From the NCBI GenBank assembly GCA_045543915.1, contig JAZPXZ010000037.1, forward strand, positions 5,665-69,664: DNA of 64,000 nt, in the 5' to 3' direction. Under the pieces are notes generated by a model that ran no database searches, was not told the DNA's origin, and was given only the letters and a program-made list of their open reading frames with translations. Made by a program: the position numbers and the translations under genes. Positions 1-9,507 of the stretch are shown here, piece by piece; within the stretch, counting starts at the first letter, position 1, and every line of letters starts with the position of its first letter. The DNA is from Wujia sp. (lineage in GTDB: Bacteria > Bacillota > Clostridia > Lachnospirales > Lachnospiraceae).

Positions 1-1590
1 CACCTTTCTGAAATTCAGGTGAACTCGGCGCTCTGTAACAACCGCAATCTTATCCTCCAGGTCATCTAAGTTTTCCCTGGTATCAAAGTACCCTATAGCC
101 AAGCCATTCTCAGGAGTATCCTCCACAAAAATATCTATAGTGCTTTCCGCAGTACTAGAAGGCACAACGCTGGCACTTTCTAAGAATGCTCTTACCGGCT
201 TTATCACCTCATTCTTAACCAGTTGCCAAGCCTTACATATCTGCTTTATCTCTAATAGCTGGGCTTCTTTGTAGCGCTCCCTAATGTTCTTAATTATCTC
301 CTGTTCTATATCAGCGTCAGCTGTATGAGCAGCCACTCCTCCGGCTGTCTGATAAGCCGCTTCACCCGAAGCTGTCTGAACAGTTGCTCCCGGTGGCAGC
401 TGATCAGCTGACACATATACTACCTGTGATTCTCCCGCCACACCTTGCTCAAGTCTTGACTCTATATCAGCCAGTCTTTCTCTAAGAGCCGCTTCATCCT
501 GTCTCATCTGAGGAGTACAAAGCTTAATTATAGCCACCTCTAGAACTATTCTCTTAGTTGACGCATACTTAATCTTACCTGCAGTCTCCTGCATTATATT
601 TATAAAGCTGATTAGCTTTTCATCTTCCACATCAGTTCCTGCCTCTATAAGCCTTGGCAGGTTCTCGCTGGTTACATCTACAGTGGCCTGAGCGTTATAT
701 TTTAGCATAAGCAAATCTCTCATAAATGTAGTGAATTCATTTACAAAAAGAGACAAATCCTTACCTGCCCAAACAGCTTCATTCACCACAGCAAGGGCAC
801 TCTTGGTGTCCCTAGCCTTAATATAGTTGAACAGATTCAAATATATATCCAAATCCACCGAGCCTACTATCTCCAGTACCTTATCATAGGTTACTTCCTC
901 CCCTAGATTAAAGGCTATACACTGGTCTAAAATACTTAAAGCATCTCGCATGGAACCATCTGCAGCCTTAGCCACATAGTTAATGGCCTCTCTGGTAGCA
1001 GGAATATTTTCCCTGTTAAGCAGCTCCTCTAATCTGTCCGCTATAATATCTAATGATATTCGTTTAAAGTCATATCTCTGACATCTAGAAAGCACTGTTA
1101 CAGGAATAGTCTGCACATCTGTAGTTGCTAAGATAAATTTTACATATTCCGGCGGCTCCTCTAGGGTTTTAAGAAGAGCATTATATGCCGCATTGGTAAG
1201 CATATGAACCTCGTCAATAATGTACACTAGGTACTTACCTGATGAAGGGGAGTATCTTACCGCATCATTAATCTGTCTCACGCTGTCAACACCATTGTTA
1301 GATGCCGCATCTATCTCTATAACATTCATAGATGCACCTGCCGCTATGGCCTTACAGCTTTCACACTGATTACAAGGACTTCCATCTACCGGATTCTCGC
1401 AATTAACTGCTTTAGCTATAAGTCTGGCAATGGTTGTCTTACCTGTACCTCTGGTTCCACAGAACAAATAAGCGTGACCCACTCTATTATGTTTTATCTG
1501 ATTCTTAAGGGTGGTAACAATATGCTCCTGTCCCTTAACCTCCTGAAATTCATCAGGACGCCATTTACGGTATAATGCCACGTATGACAT
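1..1590 (-). CDS. dnaX: DNA polymerase III subunit gamma/tau (3' end runs off the left edge)
   Basis: Not in the ORF track. Manual translation from ATG at 1590 gives MSYVALYRKWRPDEFQEVKGQEHIVTTLKNQIKHNRVGHAYLFCGTRGTGKTTIARLIAKAVNCENP, the classic DnaX N-terminus with Walker A. Confidence 0.95.
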   Translation of the reverse strand, partial: MSYVALYRKWRPDEFQEVKGQEHIVTTLKNQIKHNRVGHAYLFCGTRGTGKTTIARLIAKAVNCENPVDGSPCNQCESCKAIAAGASMNVIEIDAASNNGVDSVRQINDAVRYSPSSGKYLVYIIDEVHMLTNAAYNALLKTLEEPPEYVKFILATTDVQTIPVTVLSRCQRYDFKRISLDIIADRLEELLNRENIPATREAINYVAKAADGSMRDALSILDQCIAFNLGEEVTYDKVLEIVGSVDLDIYLNLFNYIKARDTKSALAVVNEAVWAGKDLSLFVNEFTTFMRDLLMLKYNAQATVDVTSENLPRLIEAGTDVEDEKLISFINIMQETAGKIKYASTKRIVLEVAIIKLCTPQMRQDEAALRERLADIESRLEQGVAGESQVVYVSADQLPPGATVQTASGEAAYQTAGGVAAHTADADIEQEIIKNIRERYKEAQLLEIKQICKAWQLVKNEVIKPVRAFLESASVVPSSTAESTIDIFVEDTPENGLAIGYFDTRENLDDLEDKIAVVTERRVHLNFRKV

Positions 1591-1617
1591 ATGGCTACCT
1601 CACTCTCTATGTCAAAA

Positions 1618-2637
1618 TTACTTACTATATCTAAATCTAAAAATCTGGTCTAACATTCTAAGTGTCTTAAAATTACCCTTGGCAGTTATCTCACCAGACA
1701 TAAAGCCCTTCTGGAAGGTCATCTTGCCGGAGATTATATCTCTCATAAGGTCACTGTCTGCCTTAAGCTTTACATCTGCCTCACAGTCCTCACCATATTC
1801 ACAGGTAAGGTTCTTATCCACCTTGATAATAAGTGTTTTTCCAATGTCAGGTATAACCATAACATAGGTTGCCTTAAATTCCTTTTCCGGATAGTAATTC
1901 TTGAAGAAGGCCTCAACTATATCATCCTCATATACAGTCTCCTCCTTAGGCTCATCACCACCAAGCATCTGCTTAAACATGGCAGCAAGCTCTTCAATGT
2001 CCTCCTTCTGCTTCTTAACATATCCATCATCTGACACTATCTTAGAAAGCTGCTCACTTTCCTGTGGTGTAAGATTAATGCTCTTGGTTTTAATTATATT
2101 ATTCTTAACTGCTGTACTACTTGTAGGAAGCTTAACCTGCTTCTTATTAACGCTTCTGTAGAAATCCTCTGCCATCTTCTCTATACAGGCAAGATAAGCT
2201 GAATTTTTCTCCAACACCTCCTGTGACTCCACATAGGTAGCCAAGCCCTGAATTGATATACCACCAAGTACATCCCAGGCCTTACGAAGGGATATCTCCG
2301 CATCCTGCTCGCCGTAGGCTGTGGCCACAACTACAGGCATCATGTAGATCTCCTTAAGTTTTTCCTTATCGGCATAAAGCCAGCACATATCTAAAAATTG
2401 CTGCATATATCCACCAATGCCAAACCATTCCACGCTAGAAGCAAGAATTACACCATCGCAATCCTTTAATGTGTTAGGTAGTGTAGCTATACCAGCCTTA
2501 TCCTCGTACATATTATATCTTGTAACTGTAACTCGAAGCTCTTCAAGAACCTGAATAATTCTGTCTAAGACAAAAAGAGTAGGATCCTCAAGTAAGCCTC
2601 TTCCTCCATAGTATACATTAACCTTCAATTTATTCAC
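1618..2637 (-). CDS. Flavodoxin/NADPH-dependent FMN reductase-like domain fused to a C-terminal SCP2 sterol/lipid-binding domain
   Basis: N-terminal flavodoxin-like pattern (DGVILASSVEWFGIGG). C-terminus ADVKLKADSDLMRDIISGKMTFQKGFMSGEITAKGNFKTLRML is typical of SCP2. Confidence 0.7.
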   Translation of the reverse strand: MNKLKVNVYYGGRGLLEDPTLFVLDRIIQVLEELRVTVTRYNMYEDKAGIATLPNTLKDCDGVILASSVEWFGIGGYMQQFLDMCWLYADKEKLKEIYMMPVVVATAYGEQDAEISLRKAWDVLGGISIQGLATYVESQEVLEKNSAYLACIEKMAEDFYRSVNKKQVKLPTSSTAVKNNIIKTKSINLTPQESEQLSKIVSDDGYVKKQKEDIEELAAMFKQMLGGDEPKEETVYEDDIVEAFFKNYYPEKEFKATYVMVIPDIGKTLIIKVDKNLTCEYGEDCEADVKLKADSDLMRDIISGKMTFQKGFMSGEITAKGNFKTLRMLDQIFRFRYSK

Positions 2638-2804
2638 CTCAATTTAAGTAAAATTATAACTTTACACCTATCCAATACTATACCAAAAAAAAGGATTAAA
2701 TACAATCCTACATCACAACAAAAAAACCATACAATCTACTATTCCGCAACCCATTATTTTGCTATAATATATTCACTATATTACTCAGTTAAAAAGGAGG
2801 TCCT

Positions 2805-3962
2805 ATGAACAATTTTAGATTTCACGCATACACAGATATTCGATTTGGAAAAGGACAGGTGGAGTGTCTTCCGGAGCTTGTCTGCCCATATGGTAAGAAC
2901 ATTTTAATGGTATACGGCGGAGGAAGCATTAAGAAAAACGGCTTATACGACAGGGTAAAGGAATTGCTTTCAGATTATAATGTCATAGAGCTATCAGGCA
3001 TAGAGCCTAACCCAAAGATTGAAAAGGTAAGGGAAGGTGCTACGCTTTGCAAGGAGCATAACATCGATGTAGTACTTGCTGTTGGCGGTGGAAGCACAAT
3101 CGACTCTGCAAAGGTTATTGCCGCAGGAGCATATTACAATGGAGACCCATGGGATTTAGTAACAGATAGCAACAACATCAAAAAGGTGTTACCAATTGTA
3201 ACTATCCTTACCCTGGCAGCAACCGGTTCTGAGATGAACAAAAATGCTGTAATCTCCAATATGGCAACCAATGAAAAGCTTGGTACAAGCTCACACTATT
3301 TTAAGCCACAGGCATCTATCTGCGATCCTGAATATATGTACACCCTTCCTGCAAAGCAGACAGCTGCAGGAACTGCAGATATAATGTCTCACATATTTGA
3401 ACAGTATTTCCAAAAGGATTCGGGAGCATATATCTCAGAAAGATTTGCAGAAAGTCTTCTTAAGGCCTGCATCAAATATTGTCCTATTGCATTACAGAAC
3501 CCAACTAATTACGAGGCACGCGCTAACCTTATGTGGGCAAGCACCCAGGCATTAAACAGCCTGCTTACCTGCGGCAAGGGTGGTGGTTGGACCTGTCATC
3601 CTATAGAGCACGAGCTTAGCGCCTACTACGACATTACTCACGGTGAGGGTCTTGCAATCATAACACCTAGATGGATGCGTTATATCCTAAGCGACCAAAC
3701 CGTGGACAAATTCTGTGAATACGGTCGCAATGTATGGGATATTACGGAAGAGGATAAATACAAGTGTGCCAATATGGCAATAGATGCAACAGAGCAGTTC
3801 TTCAAGGATTGTGGCATTCCTATGACCTTAGGAGAAGTAGGAATTGATGACTCTAAGCTTGAGCTTATGGCCGAGGACACCATTAAATACAATAATATGG
3901 CAGGCGCATATGTAGCACTTGACAAGGATGATATTCTCGCTATTTTGAAAGCTTGCTTATAA
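2805..3962 (+). CDS. Iron-containing alcohol dehydrogenase (NADH/NADPH-dependent butanol dehydrogenase family)
   Basis: GGGSIKKNG, GIEPNP, AVGGGSTIDSAK, TLAATGSEMN, HPIEHELSAYYDITHGEGLA motifs; RBS AGGAGG upstream. Confidence 0.9.
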   Translation: MNNFRFHAYTDIRFGKGQVECLPELVCPYGKNILMVYGGGSIKKNGLYDRVKELLSDYNVIELSGIEPNPKIEKVREGATLCKEHNIDVVLAVGGGSTIDSAKVIAAGAYYNGDPWDLVTDSNNIKKVLPIVTILTLAATGSEMNKNAVISNMATNEKLGTSSHYFKPQASICDPEYMYTLPAKQTAAGTADIMSHIFEQYFQKDSGAYISERFAESLLKACIKYCPIALQNPTNYEARANLMWASTQALNSLLTCGKGGGWTCHPIEHELSAYYDITHGEGLAIITPRWMRYILSDQTVDKFCEYGRNVWDITEEDKYKCANMAIDATEQFFKDCGIPMTLGEVGIDDSKLELMAEDTIKYNNMAGAYVALDKDDILAILKACL

Positions 3963-3977
3963 GAACAGGTTATAAAC

Positions 3978-4028
3978 AAAAGTCACCCTAATGCCAGATA
4001 TAATACATCTAGCATTAGGGTGACTTTT
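3978..4028. terminator. Bidirectional intrinsic terminator
   Basis: AAAAGTCACCCTAATGC...GCATTAGGGTGACTTTT inverted repeat between convergent genes. Confidence 0.85.
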
Positions 4029-4041
4029 TATGCCTATAATA

Positions 4042-4212
4042 TTATTCCAGTGTTAAATCCTTAACATTAACTCCTAAAGCAGATAGCTTTGCCTCGATTC
4101 CCTTGATTTGATACTCAAGCTCCTTATTCTCTACACCTGCGTTAGCCTTCTTTATTCTCTGCAAAGCCATATAGCTATCGATTGTTATAGTAACTAATTC
4201 CTTATCTGTCAT
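4042..4212 (-). CDS. Small hypothetical protein (about 56 aa, MTDKELVTITID...)
   Basis: ORF with GGAAGGA RBS before ATG 4212, its own promoter and a downstream terminator; helical, charged sequence. Confidence 0.65.
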   Translation of the reverse strand: MTDKELVTITIDSYMALQRIKKANAGVENKELEYQIKGIEAKLSALGVNVKDLTLE

Positions 4213-4251
4213 TCCTTCCATCCTTCCACCGCCTCTCATATTGATAACAAT

Positions 4252-4281
4252 ATTATAGCGGATTTTCTCACCTGTTGTAAA
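4252..4281 (-). promoter_or_regulatory. SigA-type promoter for the small ORF
   Basis: TTTACA-18bp-TATAAT on the minus strand. Confidence 0.6.
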
Positions 4282-4324
4282 GCGTTAACCAATGGTTATA
4301 GGTACTTTTTTACACTGATTTACC

Positions 4325-5275
4325 TTACACCACAAAGAATTCCTCGTTTGCAAAATTCACCAAATCTCCTACCTTAATTCGCTCCTGCTTCAAGGGTTCT
4401 AGTCTTACAGAATTAATAAAGGTTCCGTTGGTGGATTCTCTGTCCTCCACAAATATTCCATTACTCCTTAGATAAATGCATGCGTGAACCCGACTTATCT
4501 GTGTTGTTGGGATTCTATAATCAGTTTCTCTCTTTCCTCTTCCCACAAGAATCATCTCGTCATACTTAGATATAATTATCTCCTTAAGGGCTCCACTGGT
4601 TAAAGGTACAAGCTTCGTAATCTCCTTCTCCTCACAGTCTATAAGCTGTCGGCTTCCATAAGCCTCTTCTATTTGTAAATGCTCGCTACACGCCCCATAC
4701 TCCACCTCACTGTCATAAGTGGCAGCTATTCCGGGGACATATCCAAGATCCTCTATAGAAAATGTATCCTCACTGACCAAGTCATACATTCCATACATAT
4801 ATCTGACTCCCGCCTCATCTCTGTGGTCAAATATTTTCATTATGTATTCTAGAAAGCTTTTTAGCTGAGTCTTTATGCTTACACCATAGCCCGGAATATA
4901 TATAAGCTTCAAAGCCCTTTCTCCCCAGTTATAAAACATATACTCCGGTTTAAGCACCACATCATCCGGCTCCAACAGAAATTCTTTTAGCCTGTAAAGC
5001 AGATTTTCCAATTGACTCATTATAATTCTCAAAAATTCTCCATCAGGCTTTAGCTTTAGAAATAGCCTGTCTAACACATAGCAGGAGCAGGTGTTATATT
5101 TTAAGGTTAGCTGTCCGTCAATTTCCATACAAATCGGTGTTATCAGTCCTTCAATTAAGTTATTTTTCAGCATCATAAGTCTATAGCTATAAGGGGAGTA
5201 TTTATTAACCAACGGAGTGCCAGCATTTACCTCTACAAAATTATCTATACCTTTACTCACATAGTACATCTCCAT
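4325..5275 (-). CDS. DUF6382-like domain plus C-terminal FHA domain protein (Tad locus)
   Basis: C-terminal FHA motifs GR..., ISRVHACI, EDRESTNGTFIN; last gene of the overlapping Tad operon. Confidence 0.8.
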   Translation of the reverse strand: MEMYYVSKGIDNFVEVNAGTPLVNKYSPYSYRLMMLKNNLIEGLITPICMEIDGQLTLKYNTCSCYVLDRLFLKLKPDGEFLRIIMSQLENLLYRLKEFLLEPDDVVLKPEYMFYNWGERALKLIYIPGYGVSIKTQLKSFLEYIMKIFDHRDEAGVRYMYGMYDLVSEDTFSIEDLGYVPGIAATYDSEVEYGACSEHLQIEEAYGSRQLIDCEEKEITKLVPLTSGALKEIIISKYDEMILVGRGKRETDYRIPTTQISRVHACIYLRSNGIFVEDRESTNGTFINSVRLEPLKQERIKVGDLVNFANEEFFVV

Positions 5276-5567
5276 ACAGCTGCCACCTCCTTAGTCTGTC
5301 AGTACATACATCCCATTCCCTTGTACAGCCCTTAGATGTTATGGAATTATTTTCCTCCACAATATCCATTCCCTCTTCTACACTATATTCCGGGCTATAC
5401 TGATATACCGTCAGTTGAGATTTCCCTAAAGCTTCACCCTCATTTAACCCACTTAATATAATCGAGATAAGTATCATAATAATCCCTATAATTATAGGCA
5501 TAACAAAGCACATCTCAATGGTTATACTTCCTTTATTCTCAGCTCTTAATTTCCACATCGCATACAC
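5253..5567 (-). CDS. TadE-like minor pilin
   Basis: Class III prepilin signal NKG|SITIE followed by a hydrophobic helix. Confidence 0.7.
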   Translation of the reverse strand: MYAMWKLRAENKGSITIEMCFVMPIIIGIIMILISIILSGLNEGEALGKSQLTVYQYSPEYSVEEGMDIVEENNSITSKGCTREWDVCTDRLRRWQLYGDVLCE

Positions 5568-6283
5568 TCCCCCAATTCCTCAACCTGAGATTTTTTAACT
5601 CTATAAACTGTTCTCCTTAATCCAGAGCAGTCTGTGGTAGTGTGATACCTATTTCCATAGCTTGTAACAAGAACAGAATTTCCACCCACATCCTGACAAA
5701 ACTCGCACAAGGTATAACCTTTTTCCTTTGCCTTATTAATTGCCATAGGAGTAATAGATAAATCCAAATGAGTACAGGCTCTTGTGGTATGGTAGGCCTC
5801 CCTATTATCTGTGATATACACATATACATCACTGTCAGAAAGTTGACCTTCTACTTGGTCATTACCAATTCCCTTATAGGCCTTTTGCCGTATAATATAG
5901 CTTCTCTCTCCGGACAAATCCCCTATAAATGGTACATTTATTTCCACCTGATAACTAACTCTAAGACTTACATAGCCATCTTCATCCAAGTATTCACTTC
6001 CCAGAAAGCTTATACCATCTAGTCCATCTGCAATATAGCTTTCCACCAAGCCTTTATTATCTACATATTCTCCTATTCTCATCTTTGGAACCAAATAATT
6101 ACACTCCTCTAGATAGGATAGCTCTGCCATATACTCTACTGTTTCTGAAGCCGCCTCATATATAATTGCCTCAGTCATTCTAAGTCTTATGCCGTGAAAT
6201 AATACAAGTATGGCGAATATAAAAAGCGGCATTACTAAAGCCGCCTCTAAAGTGGCGCTTCCCTTATTATTACCCCTAACCAT
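5546..6283 (-). CDS. TadE-family minor pilin with C-terminal Cys/His-rich domain
   Basis: NKG|SATLEAALVMPLF signal; C-terminal YHTTRACTHL...CEFC and YHTTTDCSGL...CMRC. Confidence 0.75.
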   Translation of the reverse strand: MVRGNNKGSATLEAALVMPLFIFAILVLFHGIRLRMTEAIIYEAASETVEYMAELSYLEECNYLVPKMRIGEYVDNKGLVESYIADGLDGISFLGSEYLDEDGYVSLRVSYQVEINVPFIGDLSGERSYIIRQKAYKGIGNDQVEGQLSDSDVYVYITDNREAYHTTRACTHLDLSITPMAINKAKEKGYTLCEFCQDVGGNSVLVTSYGNRYHTTTDCSGLRRTVYRVKKSQVEELGECMRCGN

Positions 6284-6316
6284 ATATCACTCACCCCTTT
6301 TTACTTTATGTCCACA

Positions 6317-6405
6317 TCCTTTAAGATTCTCTATCCGTCTTGCACTTGGAGAGGATTTGCGAAAATAATAATAAGGAAATTGAACGAATAGAAAACCTTA
6401 AAGGA
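6317..6405 (-). other. 22-bp intercistronic RNA hairpin in the Tad operon
   Basis: Arms 6317-6338 and 6384-6405 differ at three positions, all G.U pairs on the mRNA strand. Confidence 0.7.
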
Positions 6406-6431
6406 CCCGGACCAATCACGACACATAACGG

Positions 6432-7877
6432 CTAATAACCTATCGCCTCTCTATAGTAGTAATCCTTGCCCTGGTAGGATATATGAGCATCTAGGGAAAA
6501 GCCCACCGCCGCGTTATCCATATCAAAGTCTTCATAATATTGCTTTGTATTTAGTTCTATAATATCCAGCATTCGATAATAACCTCCATCCAAATTAAGA
6601 GCTAGCAAAATCAACAGATAATCCTTGTAACACAACCCTGTCTCTGTGTCATCACCCTCCAGATTCTTAGAATTTTCCAGATTATTAATATCTGTTTTCC
6701 AGGTACTGTCAGTTTTGAAAAAATCCATTCTTTGTCCGTCAAGAAGACATCTGACATCAAATATAGACTCCACAAATGCCCAACAGCCTGCAATCAAGTA
6801 TCTTACAACCGGCTCAGGTACTAATGTAGCCAGAGCTATGGGCAGGGATAGCTTTTTTACCTCAGCCATTCGCTTTGCGTCCGTAAGCAAATAGCTATAA
6901 TTTACAGGCAATCTAATACCTATAATTCTATTTACTGTTCCTTTTAAATTCTCTCTATCAGAGGCTTTTCCACATATTAAATATTCCAGTTCAAATTCAA
7001 AAACTGTTTCCTCCTGAATCATCTCAGTAGCACAATTAAATACATTTCCTGCATAGGCAATTCCTGCTCCTCCATCAATCAGCTCCTCCTTCCAGGAATC
7101 AAAGGTGCTTACATCCTCCTTAAAGATATCCATATCCTCAAAATCAGTATCTATCTCATAGTCAAACCATTCCATAATCTCACCCTTTAACGATGGCGTA
7201 CTACTTAAATCTATTATCTGGCTACTAATATGTAGGTCCTCAGGAGCAACAAGATATAATATACCATCCGAAGTAAGATTATCTGTGTACTCTCTCGGAT
7301 CCTCTGTATCCCCTAAGGAAGGTAACTGTCCCTCCGAAGCGTCTTTGTTCCCTTCCGTGGAGGGCTTGGACTGTGATGGCTCATCATAGCTAAGCGAGCT
7401 ATTCTCTGCCTCCTCCATATCCTGATAAATATAATCAGATAAGGTTCCATCCTCACCTCCTGTCGACTCCAAAATTGCCTCTGCACCGGACTTAATCAAG
7501 CCATATCCTACATAATCACTAACCTGACTTTTAAAGGCCCTTATATCATCCTCCAGAATCAAGTCATAATCATTTACGCTAAGCTGCTCCACACCAAATC
7601 CATCACCCAGATTGTGCTCTATATCAGAGGATAACTGCTCCTCTAAATATGCTTCACCTTTCCCATTAGAATTCTTATCAAAAAGGAGAATATGATAATT
7701 CTCGAAAATATAGCTGTTATAGCCTGCTTTTACACCGGACATGGCAGATTCTACGACAATAGCACCCTTGGCCTTTGCCAAATGATATTCAACCACCTGA
7801 ATAGAGCTAATACCAAGCACCACCATGGCAATTATCATAAGACAGCAAAAAATTGTAATACTTCCTCGATTTCCCAT
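6432..7877 (-). CDS. TadG-like / DUF5702-type large pseudopilin
   Basis: RBS GGGAGGAG before ATG 7877; NRG|SITIF signal; EFELEYLICGKASDRENL and CYKDYLLILL motifs; located in the Tad operon. Confidence 0.7.
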   Translation of the reverse strand: MGNRGSITIFCCLMIIAMVVLGISSIQVVEYHLAKAKGAIVVESAMSGVKAGYNSYIFENYHILLFDKNSNGKGEAYLEEQLSSDIEHNLGDGFGVEQLSVNDYDLILEDDIRAFKSQVSDYVGYGLIKSGAEAILESTGGEDGTLSDYIYQDMEEAENSSLSYDEPSQSKPSTEGNKDASEGQLPSLGDTEDPREYTDNLTSDGILYLVAPEDLHISSQIIDLSSTPSLKGEIMEWFDYEIDTDFEDMDIFKEDVSTFDSWKEELIDGGAGIAYAGNVFNCATEMIQEETVFEFELEYLICGKASDRENLKGTVNRIIGIRLPVNYSYLLTDAKRMAEVKKLSLPIALATLVPEPVVRYLIAGCWAFVESIFDVRCLLDGQRMDFFKTDSTWKTDINNLENSKNLEGDDTETGLCYKDYLLILLALNLDGGYYRMLDIIELNTKQYYEDFDMDNAAVGFSLDAHISYQGKDYYYREAIGY

Positions 7878-7896
7878 ATTCTCCTCCCAGCTTTGA

Positions 7897-8067
7897 TTAA
7901 TATATTTTCTCAGCACCTTCTTCTATAGAGTCCCATATATCATCAACCAAATCACTGATTTCATCCTTAAAAACCGCCACCATGGCAATTAGAACCACGA
8001 TAATCAAAATGATTTCAACTACGCCCATAGCTTCCTCTGCCATGAAAAATGATTTTAACAGCTCCAT
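7897..8067 (-). CDS. flp: Flp1-family type IVb major pilin
   Basis: 56 aa; AMG|VVEIILIIVVLIAMVAVFKDEI; strong RBS GGAGGAG. Confidence 0.9.
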   Translation of the reverse strand: MELLKSFFMAEEAMGVVEIILIIVVLIAMVAVFKDEISDLVDDIWDSIEEGAEKIY

Positions 8068-8080
8068 ATTTTCTCCTCCT

Positions 8081-9505
8081 TTAAAAACCCACAAAAGCCG
8101 GTGTCATAATCAAAATCATGACAACCACCAACAGAATTATCATAGGGAGTACCAGCTTGGTAGAGGCTTCCTCTCCAAGCCTTTTTGCAGTCTCTCTCTT
8201 AGCATCCAATGCCATGGCTACTTCAGCTTCCATTAGGCTTCTTAAATCCTTTGTTCCCATTTTTAGATTCTGACTTATATGTCGCATCAGACTTACATAT
8301 ACCGGAAGGCTAAGTCTATTTCCCAGCTCCTCGTAGGACATATACTCCGCCTGACCATTATCAATTTGATTCAAGGTATATTTAAGCTCATCAACAAGCA
8401 AACTTTCCTGGGCGGCATTTACATATTGCTTTATTGCCCGTCGCATATTCATGCCTGCCTCAATATACAGCCACAGACTGTCAACAAAGTAAGGATATTC
8501 CTTCATAAGCCAGCTATCTCTCTTTTGTTCATTTTCCTTTAATCTACTAATGGCTACTCCAACTACCCCAATAGCCAAAAACACACCTACTATAAGAAAC
8601 CTGCCCTTGCTCCCACTATCTCTTTTTAGCTTTAATTTCACATCACATATACTATCAGGAATAACAACTTCCCTTTTATCCAGATTTTCCTGATTCAGGT
8701 TGTATAGCTCATATCTTATACTATCTAGCTTTAGCTGGGACTCTGACCTTGCCTCAGCTCCCACCATCAGCTTAAGCTCATACTCTGCACTGTAGCCATA
8801 ATATAAAATGTACATAGTAAGCTTAGCCTCCACAGGTTCATTCGAAAGGGGAGTCTTAATCCTCCCTCTAGAGGATATAATATTAGGGGTTTGAGATACC
8901 CAGCTTATATCGAATACACCTTCTTCGTCTGACAATGGAAGCATTATATCCTGAGATATTAGGTTGCCTTCTCCCCCAATATCTCTGATAATATCTTGTG
9001 CCACCTGGTCCGCCATTTCATAGAACTCCTCTTGAGAAAGTCTTACCGGAGAAATCTCCATAATTACTATTTCCTCCTTACCGGATATCTGGCAGCTTAT
9101 TTCCTCCTTTACAACATCGCCCCCAAACTCGTCACGAATAATTACATTCCTATCATCCCTATAAAGATTCCGAGTTATGGCACTCCCAAGCTCCAACAGA
9201 TTCGATGCCATTATAATTCCACAAGCCATACCTACACATCCAGCAAGGAATCTATCAGTAATAAGCTCCAGTTCCTTGTCTGATACAACCTGATTTTTCC
9301 TAAGCTGCTGTCTAATTCTGAGTTTTAAACCGTCTAAGGGCAACACATTTGCAAAAAATGTCCAGACACCATCCCCTACAGACATTACCACAGCTTTAAC
9401 AGCAGCTATTACTCCTGACCCATCCTTGTATTTGCTATAGTGCTTCCTGCTAAGTATGGCAAGTACTGCGAAAGCAACTATTACTATCAAGTTAAAATAA
9501 ATCAT
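8081..9505 (-). CDS. tadC: TadC-like (T2SS F family) membrane platform protein with a large extracytoplasmic insert
   Basis: C-terminal YPYFVDSLWLYIEAGMN and AKRLGEEASTKLVLPM; likely start ATG 9505. Confidence 0.8.
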   Translation of the reverse strand: MIYFNLIVIVAFAVLAILSRKHYSKYKDGSGVIAAVKAVVMSVGDGVWTFFANVLPLDGLKLRIRQQLRKNQVVSDKELELITDRFLAGCVGMACGIIMASNLLELGSAITRNLYRDDRNVIIRDEFGGDVVKEEISCQISGKEEIVIMEISPVRLSQEEFYEMADQVAQDIIRDIGGEGNLISQDIMLPLSDEEGVFDISWVSQTPNIISSRGRIKTPLSNEPVEAKLTMYILYYGYSAEYELKLMVGAEARSESQLKLDSIRYELYNLNQENLDKREVVIPDSICDVKLKLKRDSGSKGRFLIVGVFLAIGVVGVAISRLKENEQKRDSWLMKEYPYFVDSLWLYIEAGMNMRRAIKQYVNAAQESLLVDELKYTLNQIDNGQAEYMSYEELGNRLSLPVYVSLMRHISQNLKMGTKDLRSLMEAEVAMALDAKRETAKRLGEEASTKLVLPMIILLVVVMILIMTPAFVGF

Positions 9506-9507
9506 TT

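Noticed and set aside
1590-2800. SRP RNA (ffs) upstream of dnaX as in Bacillus
   Set aside because: No helix-8 CAGG..GGAA..AGCAG motif; the space is occupied by a CDS.
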